NCBI GenBank assembly: GCA_964016885.1 | Contig: OZ024742.1 | Location: 232,748,001-232,812,000 of the forward strand | Length of the DNA stretch: 64,000 nucleotides | Direction: 5' to 3' | DNA from: Eledone cirrhosa | Taxonomy: Eukaryota | Shown here: positions 1 to 12,289 of the stretch, piece after piece | Numbering within the stretch: position 1 is the stretch's first letter | Layout: every line of letters starts with the position of its first letter | Position numbers and translations under genes: made by a program | The notes under the pieces: generated by a model | Told to the model about the DNA's origin: nothing | Seen by the model: only the letters and a program-made list of their open reading frames with translations | Databases searched by the model: none

Positions 1-455
1 ACTCCAACACTCATTAATCTTGAGGACAGGATTAAATTTACCAATTTAATTATTGGTAAGGATTTATGTAAGAATTCAATAAAAAAAATTATGGCCATTC
101 TGCCAGAAAATTTAAGATGTTCTGCCAGCTTCTAAATATTATTTTATGTAAATGATATTCTGAGTTTCCAGCTTTTAGTATATATGATACATTGTTTTAA
201 ATTCAATGTATTTAATACTGACAACTTAGTTTGGCCAATAATTATAAATATTACTGAGTTACATGTTATGTTACATATATGAAAAGTCAAGACTAGATTC
301 CACCTTACAAAGTTGAGATGTTAAATAATTATTGATAAACTTCCCATGTCCTGGAGATAAGAAGATTAAAAGAAAGCTGTAAAAAAATGAATAAATAAAA
401 TAAATAAATAAATAAATAAAAATACAAAATATAAGTCAGAAAATATATAAATAAA

Positions 456-670
456 TGTAGAAAATAGTGTTTTGTTAGAAGACTACCACAATGTGAATCA
501 GACAGTAAATGTTAAAAGTATGATGATATCAGACAGAGATGTTGGGATGTTACCTAGCAGATCTATAACGAACTACTAGGTAATATCCCAACATATTTGT
601 TATCATATTTTTAACATTTACTGTCCAATTCACATTGTAGTAGTCTTCTAACAAAACACTATTTTCTACA
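456..670. repeat. ~215-bp imperfect fold-back (MITE-like hairpin) just downstream of the SOCS-box stop codon
   Basis: tgtagaaaatagtgttttgttagaagact... pairs with ...agtcttctaacaaaacactattttctaca; inner atgttgggatgttacctag pairs with ctaggtaatatcccaacat. Confidence 0.85.
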
Positions 671-743
671 CTTTACACAATGCTTCAAGCAAGCACTCTC
701 TTACATAAATAAATAATATTCAAGGCATCAAGAAAAGAGTGTG

Positions 744-1698
744 TCACCGAAAAGTCGGCTGAAATTTAAGGTATTGTCTGAGAACAGAAGGTAGAGGCAA
801 AATATCAACATCACAAGTTCTGGAAAGATGTTGGAGTATGACTATTCGACATTGACTTTGTAAGTTCAGGATCCGAGGCATCTGATAAACAAGGATACTA
901 ACTTCATCAGAACTCTGTTTGTGATCAAGTACTCTCATATAACTGCCACAACGGGAAAATGCTAATTGGTAATTGACTCGACAGATTCTTATTAAACCAG
1001 GAAGACAGGATGTTAAGTACTTGAGTAACGTTATTGTATCAGCATTAAATAAATATATATCTGAGAAAGCTGTGACACCAAAACGGTTGTCAGTAAGTTT
1101 CTGAACAATAAGCAAAGTTCCGTCTTTACTATAGGAGAGATGAAAACGGCTGCTGCCAAACAGAACAGGTAAACATAAGTTACTGCGTACAACAATTGCC
1201 ATTTCAGATAAAGAATAAGTGACAAGTTCATTACAGATGCCTGTGGCACGGCACTCATAGTTTGCCACTGCAATACGAGACCATCTGAAACGAGGATCAA
1301 AGGCAACATATGGTTGAACAGCATGATTTAGTGTGATGACGTTGAGCACCTCAAAGGTTTCATGAGAATATATATATAAATCATAGCTGGATGTTTTACT
1401 AACTTCAGAAAAGGAAAAGAAGAGGATAGCAGTTCGAGAGCAGTCAGGTGTGATGTCACCATGGACAATAGTCATATTTTCCTTTGGAGATAGCATGATA
1501 CCAAGAGTCTTTTTTTGTAATATATCAACAATAGGAAATGCAAATTGGTTTACAATTCCTTGTTGTCTGTGGAGTATCAGGAGGATAAGATGATCACGAC
1601 AGGAAAGAGCAACACTACTTAGCTCATAATCATCATTGACAAAAGCTGCCAGTTGACTTTTGTTGTTGCATGGAATTAAAATTTTCAAGGATTTATAC
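744..1698 (-). CDS. Terminal exon of a SOCS-box-containing protein (beta-rich, possibly propeller-like region plus C-terminal SOCS box)
   Basis: The ORF ends in LNLQSQCRIVILQHL...VDILPLPSVLRQYLKF (BC box LxxxC plus cullin box LPLP). An acceptor ttaacAG precedes 1698, and its phase 2 matches the upstream exon (CG|G = Arg). Stop at 744-746. Confidence 0.85.
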
Positions 1699-2746
1699 CT
1701 GTTAAGTAGATAAAATACAATAATTGAATTTGTTACTAATATTGGAGAATTTTGTATCATGTTATTACATACTCCAACTATACAGTCAAAACAGAATAAT
1801 GTATACTTTTCTTTTCATACCTAAATCTTATAACAATTTTTCACATTTATTTGATGAATTCTTCTTTTTATAATTAGCAGTGATTTATATAATTACCAAA
1901 ATTTTCTGTTTGTTTTATTATATGTGTCAGTACTGATTCATATTTTCAACACTTACTATTATTAAATATTTATTCACATCAGAGAATTTTGCCACCCACG
2001 AAATAATCTCAAATGTTTATTAATTTTGATTTTCTTTCACTTGTTTAACTCTTTTGATATCAAACTGCCTGAAACCACTCCAGATTCTGAAATACAAAAT
2101 TGATTATCATCATCATCATCTTCATTGTCACCATTTATTGTTTATTTTCCATGCTTGCATGGGATAAATGAGCTGTCACATTATGAAGCTAGACAGGTCA
2201 GGTGACTACATTTTACTCATATGATCCATTTTTGGTTTGGTTTTCTATGGCTGGATGCCCTTCTTAATAACTACATTTCAGCATGTACTGCAAGCTTTTT
2301 TGATAGCATCGGCGCAACCACCTTACAGGGTGGACTGGCTGCTTTTTGTTGTGGCTCCAGCACTTCTACCTTACAGGGTGGACTGAGTGCTTTTTGTCAT
2401 GGCACCAGTACAACCACCTTACATAGTGGACTATATTTATCTAAAAGCCTTTCATCATAATTTTATGTCAGAATCTTTGTTAAGTGATGTTTCAAACAAC
2501 AGCTAAGTAATGAGAAATTTAGTTATATTACTAAATCTCTACAAATTCTTGATCATTTTTCAAATTATATGAAAATGATAGGTAGTGTCTTTTGTTAGAA
2601 ATATGGTAAAAACCACATTTTACAAGGTCTACTGGACTATGATGAATAGCTATTGAATTTTACTTTTCAAAATTAAGTGAACATATCTAACTTATATTTA
2701 CATAGTTAAGTAACTGCAGCAATTCTTTTGCCATCTTGTCTATGGG

Positions 2747-3030
2747 GCACAGCTGTAATATACTGCCCAGTCAAGACTATACAGTTTACCTGTTTGCAGG
2801 GCACAGCTGAGATATGCTGCCCAGTCAAGACTATAGTTTACCTGTCTGTGAAGCACGTCTGAGATATACTGTCCAGTCAAGACTATACTGTTTACCTGTC
2901 TGTTTAGCACAGCTGAGATATACTGCCTAGTCAAAACTGTATAGTTTACCTGTCTATGGAGCACAGCTGTGATATACTGCCCAGTCAAGACTGTACAGTT
3001 TACCTGTCTGCAGGGCACATCTGAGATATA
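2747..3030. repeat. Minisatellite, ~59-bp unit, ~4.7 copies
   Basis: Recurrent gcacagctgagatatactgcccagtcaagactatacagtttacctgtct. Confidence 0.9.
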
Positions 3031-3612
3031 GGCCCAATTTCACCCACGTTTTAAAAACTTTATTTCCTTCTTTCTTTTTGTCATTTTTGTAAATTGCGTT
3101 TGCTAAGTAACTGATAAAAAAATATCTTCATCTGATAACTGGTCAAGTACCAAAGTTAAAAATCAAATGCTACATTCACCTGATTGTTACTTAGCATATT
3201 CTTACTACTTTTCATTTTATATTTAATAGTAAAACATGTAATCTTACAAAAGATGGTGAAATCGATTAAAGGGAATTTTGACTGCTAGTAGCTTGATGTG
3301 TGTTTACTTACAATAAGTTCATGTAATAGAAAGCAACAAGATACACTGATCATATAAGGTGCTCAGTACACACAAGAAAATAATGGTTTCTGATTTAGGC
3401 ACACGGCCAGCAATTTTGGGGGAGGGGAAAGTTGAATAAATCAACCCCAGTGCGTTACAGGTACTTTATTTTATGGACCCCATAAGTCTGAAAGGCAAAG
3501 TTAACCTTGGTGGGATTTGAACTAGAACGTAAAGGGCCGTAACTCTATGCTGAAAAGCATGGTGTCTGACGCTCTAGTGATACTGCCAAAATAATGAAAG
3601 GTGAACTATTAC

Positions 3613-3733
3613 CGTATTTCTAGACTTTTGGTTCCTTTCTGAAATAGAATTCGTACGTAACGCGAACAAACTGACCCATCACAATCTATATCTCTACAAC
3701 AGTACCGACGAGAGTTTTGGAAGCCATAAGAAC
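3613..3733 (-). CDS. Internal exon of the SOCS-box protein gene (SYGFQNSRRYCC...KSLEIR)
   Basis: Acceptor ttttcAG before 3733 and donor GTAATA after 3613. Open frame; phase 1 in and phase 2 out match both neighbouring exons. Confidence 0.75.
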
Positions 3734-4686
3734 CTGAAAAAGAACGAGAGAAAACAATTAATGTGTGTGAATATGTGTGGATATTTTTGAATGTTTTAGT
3801 CAAGAAGAGGGGAGCAACCCTTCCAGATTGATGAGATTGTCATAGTTAATGTTTAGCTTGATGACCTGTGAGTCACTGATTGCAGGATAAACATGACTGA
3901 GGAAATAACACCAGAAAACTGATGCTCTGGGAGGACAGATTGTGATTAATGCTGGGTGATGAGAGGAGTAAAGTTGAATGTAGGTGTTATGCAATTAACT
4001 AGTTCAAAAGAGCAGAGCAAGTTGTAGTAGTGATTGAATATATAAATACACACTGTAAATATAGTTGGCATTAGGATGGGCATGCAGCCATAGAAATATA
4101 GCCAGAAACAGTTCTGCATGAGCATGACACAGTAGTTACCTGACCTGACCTGATTTGTCACAAATGGGACAACTCATCTAACCGTGCTAACGTGGAAAAA
4201 TAGATGTTAAATGTGTGTGTACATATATATATATATATGTGTGTAGAGAGAGAACACAGCAGATCTGTGAGTTAAAAGCTATAATGTGTTGGTGGGTGAG
4301 TCTTTTTCAATCAGTTGGATGGCTTTCTTTATTATGAAGTCTAGCATGTTTGTGTAGCTGTAGGATCTACAGAAATAGGAACAGTACTTCGTTGTACCTC
4401 ATATTTGAACTTTGTAAAGGGCGGGTAACTGGTTGGAGCTGAAGGGGAGATTTAGATAGTGAGGGATGGGGGAAATCAAGATTAAAGTGGTGGGATGGTG
4501 GGCATGGGGTGGGATTTGGAGAGAGGCACGAGTATACTTGTTGTGGTGTGGGGTGAGAAGAAACCTAAATGTGGTACACCTCCTTGCTTCCTTACTACCA
4601 TCCTCCTCATATTCTAGTACAGAATATCACTAGTTAATTTGATCCCGAGTCATCTTTGTGAAGTCCAGCTTTGTGAGTATATATAT

Positions 4687-6229
4687 AGGTGGTATCAAAA
4701 CGTTTCTGTAGCGTGCCAACAGAGGGCAACACATGGTTGCACATGCAGTGAGAGCGCGCCAGTGTGCCAAGTGACATCGAAGTTGTGAGATCATGTGTAT
4801 GCTGTAGCCTGTGATTTTGTCATAAACAAGAAGTTGGAACAAAGAGCCAACGTGAAATTTTACATTCAACTTGGGAAGTCTGCTACAGAGATATTGAGCA
4901 TACTTCAGCAGCTTACAGCAACAAAGCAATGGGTCCTATGCAATGTTTCGAGTGGCATGGATGCTTTAAAAGCGGAAGAATGTCCGTGGAAGATGACAAA
5001 CAATCTGGAAGACCTGCCATTAGCGTCACCCCCGGAAATGTGGAGAAAATGAATCAGCTTGTGTATGAGGTTTGTCGGAGGACAATCAACGATATTGCTG
5101 ATGTTGTTGGTCTCTTGACTGGGTCCGTGCAGGCAATCCTAACATCTGAATTTAACATGTTGGTGTTACTGTCAAATTTATCTCCCATCATCATCATCAT
5201 CATTTTACGTCCGCTTTTCCCTGCTTGATTTCTACAGCTGGATGCCCTTCCTAACACCAACCTCATTTAAAGTGAGTGTTGGGTGCTTTTTTGCCATGGC
5301 ACCTCCACAACCACTTTGCAGTGGAATGATAGGGACCCCAGTCCCTATCATCTCATTTCTACAGCTAAGTAAACAGGAGCAATGTGAACTAAAGTGTCTT
5401 GCTCAAGGAAACAACACATCACCCGGTCTGAGAATTGAATTCACAACCTTTCGATTGCAAGCCCAATGCTCTAACCACTAAGCCATGTGCCTCCATCTGC
5501 TGACCAATAAGCAGAAAGAACGTCATGTTGAAGCCTGTCAAGATTTCTGTCAGTGTGCCGCTGATGACCCATCCTTCAAGTTGAGGATCATCTCTGGTGA
5601 TAAGAGTTGGGTCTACAAGTATAACTCTGTGCCGAAGCAGCAGTCGACACAGTGGACTGAAGAAGGCACTGAAGAAGGCACAACAGAGCTGCAGCTCAAT
5701 GAAAAGCATGTTCATCGTTTTTTTCGACATCCATGGTATTGTACATTAAGAATTTGTCCCCCCCGGGCCAGACCGTCAATTGAGAGTTCTACTGAGGTAT
5801 TTTATAGCGGACTTTTGGCGAAAGTGACTGGATCTGTGGAGTGCGAAGAATTGGATTCTCCACGACGACAATGCATCCTGTCACTGAGCTCTCCTCACAC
5901 ATGAGTTTCTCAGCAAAAACAACATTGTATCACTTCCACACCCACCTTATTCACCAGATTTAGTGGATTTCCATTTCTTTTCCAAGCTGAAAATGCAGCT
6001 CAAAGGTCACTGTTTTAACACCATTGTGGAGATCCGGAGCGAATCACAGAATGTCATCGATTTGCTTACAGAAAACGACTTCCAGGCCAGATTCCAAAAG
6101 TGGCAGGAACGCTGGGATCGGTGTATTGCTGTGCAAGGTGACTATTTCAAAGAAGATGATGTTAAACCTTAGGTAAATATATTAGTTCTTTTTAAACATA
6201 ACTAGTCCAGGAACGTTTTGATACCACCT
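4687..6229 (+). mobile_element. Degenerate mariner-type DNA transposon with an internal SINE-like insertion (~5186-5485)
   Basis: TIRs aggtggtatcaaaacgtttctg / caggaacgttttgataccacct. Frameshifted transposase pieces EQRANVKFYIQLGKSATE, IISGDKSWVY, HDNA and HPPYSPDLVDFHFFSKLK. Confidence 0.85.
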
Positions 6230-6533
6230 TTTTTATATCATCATCACCGTTTTACGTCCGTTCTTCCACGCTAGCATGGGTTAGACGGGTTGTCCTGTTG
6301 TGGGCAGTGTCTGGTCGGCTGACCATGCCTTGCTCATGCAGGAACTGATCTGGTTTGATTTCTACAGCTGGATGCCCTTCCTAACACCAACCTCATTTAC
6401 AGTGAGTGCTGGGTGCTTTTTCGTGGCGCCTACACTTCCACTTTACAGTGTGGGCTGGATGCTTTTTTGCCGTGGCACCTCCACGACCACCTTGCGGTGG
6501 GGGGGGGGGGGGGGGGCATATTGTTTATATGCT

Positions 6534-7055
6534 TCAGCTTGTACCCATGGGAGGTCGGGTACTCTGTATTACTGCGTGACGCCAGAGGTCACGGTCGTGT
6601 GTCATTGTCTTTGAGAGGTGTAATTGGGTAAGGTCGGCTTTTATCACCTCATCCCAGGTCATCTTGGGTCTCCCCACTCCGCGGTTTCCATCAACTTCTA
6701 GTGCTCTGCACCTTTTTATGCAGCTATCATCCTTCATACGCATCACATGTCCATACCAGCGTAACCGCCTCTCCTGCACGCAGCATTTGATTCCTCTTAT
6801 GCTCAGTCTCTCTCTCAATTCCTTTATGCTTTGTCGTTCACGTATATTACTGTTACACATCCATCGGAGCATGCAGGCTTCGTTTCTCTCTAATCTACGT
6901 AAGTCTTCCACCTTCAGCGCCCAGGTCTCACTACCATGCAACATCGCTGTTCGGATACACGCATCATACAGTCTGCCTTTCATTCTGAGGGAGAAGCCTT
7001 TTGCAGCTAGCAGTGGTAGTAGTTCCCTAAACTTCTTCCATCCCGTTCTTACCCT
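6534..7055 (-). mobile_element. 3' fragment of an RTE-clade LINE
   Basis: KGRLYDACIRTAMLHGSETW...RRLRWYGHVMR...GRPKMTW are RTE C-terminal motifs. Confidence 0.85.
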
Positions 7056-7474
7056 AGTTATTATATATATATATATATATCATCATCATCATCATGATCA
7101 TCAACGTTTAACATCCGTGTTCCACGCTTGCATGGGTTTGGACGGGGGTTTTCCCACTTGAGGCAAGAGTGATTGTCTTGCTAGCATAGGACTGTCTGGC
7201 GGGTTTTCTACAGCTGGATGCCCTTCCTAACACCAACCACATTTACAGTGTGGGGCTGGGAGGTTTTTACCGTGTTGCCTACACGGCCACATTACAGCGT
7301 GGACTGTGTGTTTTTTGTCGTGACACCTACATGATCTCATTTGTTTCGGCCTGGATGTTGTGGCACCAACATAACTTTACATTGAAAGGGGCGGTGTGGA
7401 TGGGGTGGGGGTGGTGGGACGGGGGTGTGTTTTGTTAGAGATGCCTACTGACTGTAGTAGGTTTTACTTTGTAT

Positions 7475-7908
7475 TTAGGTAAGGCGGGTCTTCTCTATTA
7501 CCGAGTACCGCCAAAGGTCTCGGTCCAGTGACATTGTCTTGGAGAGGTGTAAGCGTGTGAGGTCGGAATTTATCATGTCGTCCCAGGTTTTTCTGGGTCT
7601 GCCTACTCCGTGGCTACCGTCTATCTTTATTGCCCTGCACTTTGTTATACAGCTGTCGTCTTTCATCCGCATCACGTGACCATACCAACGTAGCCTTCTC
7701 TCGAGTAAACAACATCTGATCCCTCTTATTTCTTTTTTTCCTTAGTTCGTTTATGCTTTGCCGTTCACGTATATTACTATTACACATCCAGCGGAGCATG
7801 CAAGCTTCGTTCCTCTCTAGTCTGCGTATATCCTCTGCACACAATGCCCAGGTCTCACTGCCATGCAGCATTGCTGTTCGTATGCAGGCATCATATAACC
7901 TGCCTTTC

Positions 7909-7910
<2 letters not shown>
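7475..7910 (-). mobile_element. Second 3' fragment of an RTE-clade LINE (frameshifted)
   Basis: Same motifs as 6534-7055 (MLHGSETW, GRPRKTW). Confidence 0.85.
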
Positions 7911-7948
<38 letters not shown>

Positions 7949-7968
7949 CATACACACACACACACATA

Positions 7969-8108
7969 CAGGGTGGGTGGAAGGAAACTTCCTATTAAAA
8001 ATTGTTAATAACTTTATAAATTATCAGTCGATTTTCATAAAACAAATTACATGGTGGTCACAGTAGGCCAAGTAATTTTCAATAGTGAATTTCTTTCCAC
8101 CCACCCTG
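7969..8108. mobile_element. Tc1/mariner-type MITE
   Basis: TA|CAGGGTGGGTGGAAGGAAA ... TTCTTTCCACCCACCCTG|TA: TIRs with TA flanks. Confidence 0.8.
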
Positions 8109-9344
8109 TATATATATATATAAAGTGCTTCTCCTGTTTCCAACTACAAAATTCTACTTATACACCATTAGTTGACCTGAATATCTATTAAAAGACATCT
8201 GCCAAAGGTGCTATGCAGTGGGGTTAAACCTGGAAACATGTAGTTGAGAAGTGAATTCTTTAACTTCCCAGCCATACCTGCAGTGGTTAGTGGTAGGTAA
8301 CATCAAACTATAAAAACAAACTCTACCAATACAACAATGATATGCAAATGTTTAAACACTTCAGATTATCAGAATATGCAAAATGGGATTAAAAAAAAAC
8401 AGTAGAAAAGTAAAAAGAGATGATACAATCTAGATACATACAATTTCTGTATTTACACACACACGCATATATATATTCATAAACACACCACATCTGTGTA
8501 TAAGGGTATGGCAGCTTCTCTATATGATAAACAACCACCCAGTATACTCTGTAAAGTGATTGGTGATAGGCAGGACATCTAGCCATAGAGAACTTGCCAA
8601 AGGATCAGGAAGACTCTTCAGCTATACGAAAGACATGACAATTCACCTAGTGTTGCCGCCATGATAGACTACACTCGGTAAAGTGGTTGACCATAGGATG
8701 AGAATCAGGCCATAGAAACCAAGCCAAAATGGAACATATGAGCAAGGCATGGTCACCTGACTGATCTAGCTTCAGAATGGGTTAGAGAGGCTATCACAGT
8801 GATAGCCCCTCTAACCCATGAAAGCATAGAAAATATACTTTAAATGATGATGAGTGGAGATCTAATGTACACTATGGAAAGCATATCCTTAAATTTTCTT
8901 TTTTTTTTACACAGTTTAGTAGGAGGAGGATGGGTTAATGTCCATAACCTTTTCCAGGGCTTCCATGACTAGTGGGAGAAACCTTACCTGAGTGCTTGAA
9001 ACAGAGTATATTCTGCTAAAGACCTTCAAAAACCACCATCAAGTTCAGTGTTTTGAGATCTGCTCTCACCACCTCTGCCCATGTTTTCCTTAACTTTAAA
9101 GCAGTTAAGTAATTGCTTATGAACGTTATAGGGGTCTCACACATGGTTTGGTTGGCCATTCCATTACTGTGTGCAACACCAACATGATTAGTATTAATAT
9201 GAAATAGTTGATCTGGAGAATCTCTCGTTCTATTAGCTGGTGGGCTCTTAGAAAACTAGAAGTAGACGAGTGGCTTGAGAAGGCAGTACAAGGTATGTAA
9301 TGAGGAAGAGCAAAGTTAGAATCAACAATGACTATAGTGAAAAA

Positions 9345-9880
9345 TTTAGTGTTTAGGTTCATCAAGGCTCCATCCTTATCCCTCTCCTGTTTAATATCGT
9401 CCTACAGGCTATAACAGAAGAATTTAAGTCTGGCTGCCCATGGGAACTTCTGTATGCTGATGATCTAACCCTTATAGCTGAAACTATGGCAGAATTTACG
9501 AAGAAATTCCAAAGCTGGAAGGATGGCCTAGAATCAAAAGGTCTTAAAGTTAACTTCTCAAAGACTAAAGTCCTAGTATGTAGAAAGGAAAACTGGGCCC
9601 AGATTCCCTCAGTGTGCAGGAAAGGAGTAAGTAGAAATTCCATCCTATGCCCCAAATGCAAGCTCTGGGAACACAAAAGATGTAGTGGGATCACAGGCAG
9701 GCTATCAAAGAACATAGGTCTTATATGCAGCTGATGCACAGGTGCAGTAAATAGCAAAAGCCCACAGGTTACAAGCTCCTTGAAATGCCCAAAGGCTCTG
9801 TAGAAATAGTCGACAATTTCTGTTACCTGGGTGACCAAATTAGCAGTGGAGGAGAGTATTTCAAAACTACAGTAGGAGCG
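9345..9880 (+). mobile_element. RTE LINE RT fragment
   Basis: HQGSILIPLLF, PWELLYADDL and GLKVNFSKTK, followed by a Cys-rich segment; contains stops and frameshifts. Confidence 0.8.
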
Positions 9881-10457
9881 CCCAGCCTGCACTGCAAAGT
9901 GGTTGTGTTGGTATCATGACAAAAAGCACCCAGCCCACACTCTAAGGTGGTCATTACAGTGCCATGATAAAAGGCACCCAGTCAACACTGTAAATTGGTT
10001 GTGTAGGTGTCACAACAAAAAGCACCCAGCACACACTGTAAATGTGGTTGGCGTTAGGAAGGGCATCCAGACTTAGAAACCAAGCCAAAATCAGTTCTGT
10101 ATAACCAAGACACGGGCACCTAACTTGACTTGCCTCAAATAGGACAAACCCCTTACCCATGCTGCTAGCATGGAAAAAGATGTTAAATAATGATGATAAT
10201 GAAATCATTGGATTGCTTTAAATTGGATTGGCAGTATCGGTATAGAGTTGGAAACCAAGCTTTGCAGCATAGAGTTACGGTCCTTTATGATCTGAGCTCA
10301 AATCTCACCGAGGTTAATTTTGCCTTTCATCATTACGGGGTCGATAAATAAAGTACCAGTCTCGCACTAGGGTTGATTTAAATGACTTTCCCTTCCACCA
10401 AAATTGCTCACCTTGTGCCTATATAAGAAACCATTAAATTAGGAAAAAATTACTTAC

Positions 10458-10603
10458 TTGCAACTGAATCCCAAGAGTGGTTATTTCCAGAAAACAGAAG
10501 TTGCCATGGTTTCTGATAGGGAGGTAGTATAACTTCATAACTTGCAGTAGGTGGGGAGATTTTTTTAATCAAATTGCCCATAGGTTTAGTTTCAAATGTA
10601 AAT
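10458..10603 (-). CDS. Upstream exon of the SOCS-box protein gene; candidate start ATG at 10581 (MGNLIKKISPP...)
   Basis: Long polypyrimidine tract plus cAG before 10603 and donor GTAAGT after 10458. Phase 1 joins the 3733 exon in frame (A|GT = Ser). Confidence 0.7.
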
Positions 10604-10748
10604 CTGAAAAAAAAAAACAAAAAAAAAAACAAAGCATATTTAACCCTTTTGATAGCAAACTGCCTTCAACTGGTCATGGTTCTATGCTACATCACTGTTT
10701 GTTAAAGGGTTTATATTTAACATAATTTTATGTAAGAACCTTTGTTAA

Positions 10749-11018
10749 CCCTTTAGCATTAACATTACACTATCTATATATCTAAAACAGAGAATGTATG
10801 TCTGTCTCCCTAAAACTCGAGAACCACCCAACCGATGTTTTTAAAACTTTACACATGTAATACTTATGGTCGTGTGAGTGTTTTGAGCAAAAAGTATTTC
10901 AAATTTTCAATGCCCTAGGGACTGCATTAGATAGCTATTACGTTGCACCCTTATAATATCTGTCTGTCTGCATTACAACATTATGACACTATCTGTGTGT
11001 ATGTATATATGTATATAT

Positions 11019-11052
<34 letters not shown>

Positions 11053-12016
11053 GTGTGAAACGTAAGGATGAAAGGCAAAGTTAACCTCGGCGAGATTTGA
11101 ACTCAGACCATAAAGGGCCATAACTCTTTGCGTCAAAGCATGGTGTCCGACCCTCCTCTACCGATACTGCCAATCAAATAATGACGTATTATCTTCATTT
11201 TTTTCCGTTCTTTGCCAGGGAACGTTTCCACGAACCAAAGTATCGTCTTCCTGTCTTCCTCCGGTTGCAATTTCTTTTGAAATATTTACTTCTGCGTTTA
11301 CAGATTGATTTTTTTAGTTTCAGAAGATCCCGTTAAGGGTGAAAGCAGCGATTCTTCGCTTAAACTTTAATCTGTTATTTTAATATATATTAAAATAACA
11401 GATATATAATTATATATTCGTGTACAGATATTTTTGCATACACAATAACAAAATATAAACAAACGTATTTATTTCACGAGGCTCGATAAGGATAAATATA
11501 TATCAAATATATAAGAACCCTAGAGCAAATATTGTTCTCATTGCTGATGAGGCAGAAGGGGATATACACGATTGGCTGAAGAAGGACGAGACTGTGTTAG
11601 TAGTACAACCAATGGTTGCTATCACACCAACAGCAGCAAAAACAACAACAAAAAAGAGAGGGATCGCAATTACGTGCTTTTGAAAAATCTTAATAGAAAA
11701 TGATTTGCCTATTCACCCAAGGTGACTTCACTTTTTATTAGGACTTCTGCATCAATTGGGGAACATACGAAGAAACTATTTCAGAAAGGAGGGATAAACA
11801 TGCCAATCTATGTTTAGAATCCCAAGCAACGCCGGGCCATTCTGCTAGTATTTACTATAGCATTTTCACAGTAAACACTTTATCTCACGAGATTTTAATA
11901 TTATTTATTTTGAGAACAATACCTTAACATAAATATGAGCAGCTGGTTATGGTCAGTTTGAACAGAAAGAGGTGAGAGAATTCTGACCAGATATGGCCAG
12001 TTTAAATGCTAAAGGC
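10749..12016. mobile_element. Inner piggyBac-like MITE inserted at a TTAA
   Basis: TTAA|CCCTTTAGCATT ... AATGCTAAAGGC|TTAA. The flanks rejoin as ctttgttaagtt, matching ctttgttaagtg at ~2475-2486. Confidence 0.65.
10773..11848 (+). mobile_element. Non-autonomous Helitron-like element containing a SINE fragment (~11059-11180)
   Basis: A|TCTATATATCTAAAAC 5' end, 3' hairpin ccc..gcaacgccggg then CTAG|T, no TSD. Closely related copy at 45578-46460. Confidence 0.8.
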
Positions 12017-12289
12017 TTAAGTTATGTTCTAAACACCAACTTAATAATGAGAAAGTTAGTTATATTACTAAAACCCCCCAAATTCTTGATTATTTAAAAC
12101 ATTCTTTGAAACACATAGACACTTGTCTTTTTTTTTATAGAAATGTTGTAATGAAAGGATTAAGTAAATTCACAATGAATAGTTTAGCAAAAGCTACTTT
12201 ATTGTTGTTTAACCCTATAACCAAGTTTTCCAGCCTTGACTAACTTATCTATTTTTCAGGTATAATGTATAAAGACTAGATTATTCAAT

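Larger units (their letters stand above)
10644..12159. mobile_element. Outer piggyBac-like MITE hosting nested insertions
   Basis: TTAA|CCCTTTTG ... GAAAGGA|TTAA. Related sequence without this insertion lies at ~2045-2100 and ~2455-2610. Confidence 0.55.

Noticed and set aside
1699-1760. N-terminal part of the predicted 338-aa ORF
   Set aside because: Lies upstream of the splice acceptor; intronic read-through.
11544-11600. CTGATGAGG inside the Helitron-like element as a hammerhead
   Set aside because: No properly placed GAAA, stem III or closing stem I.
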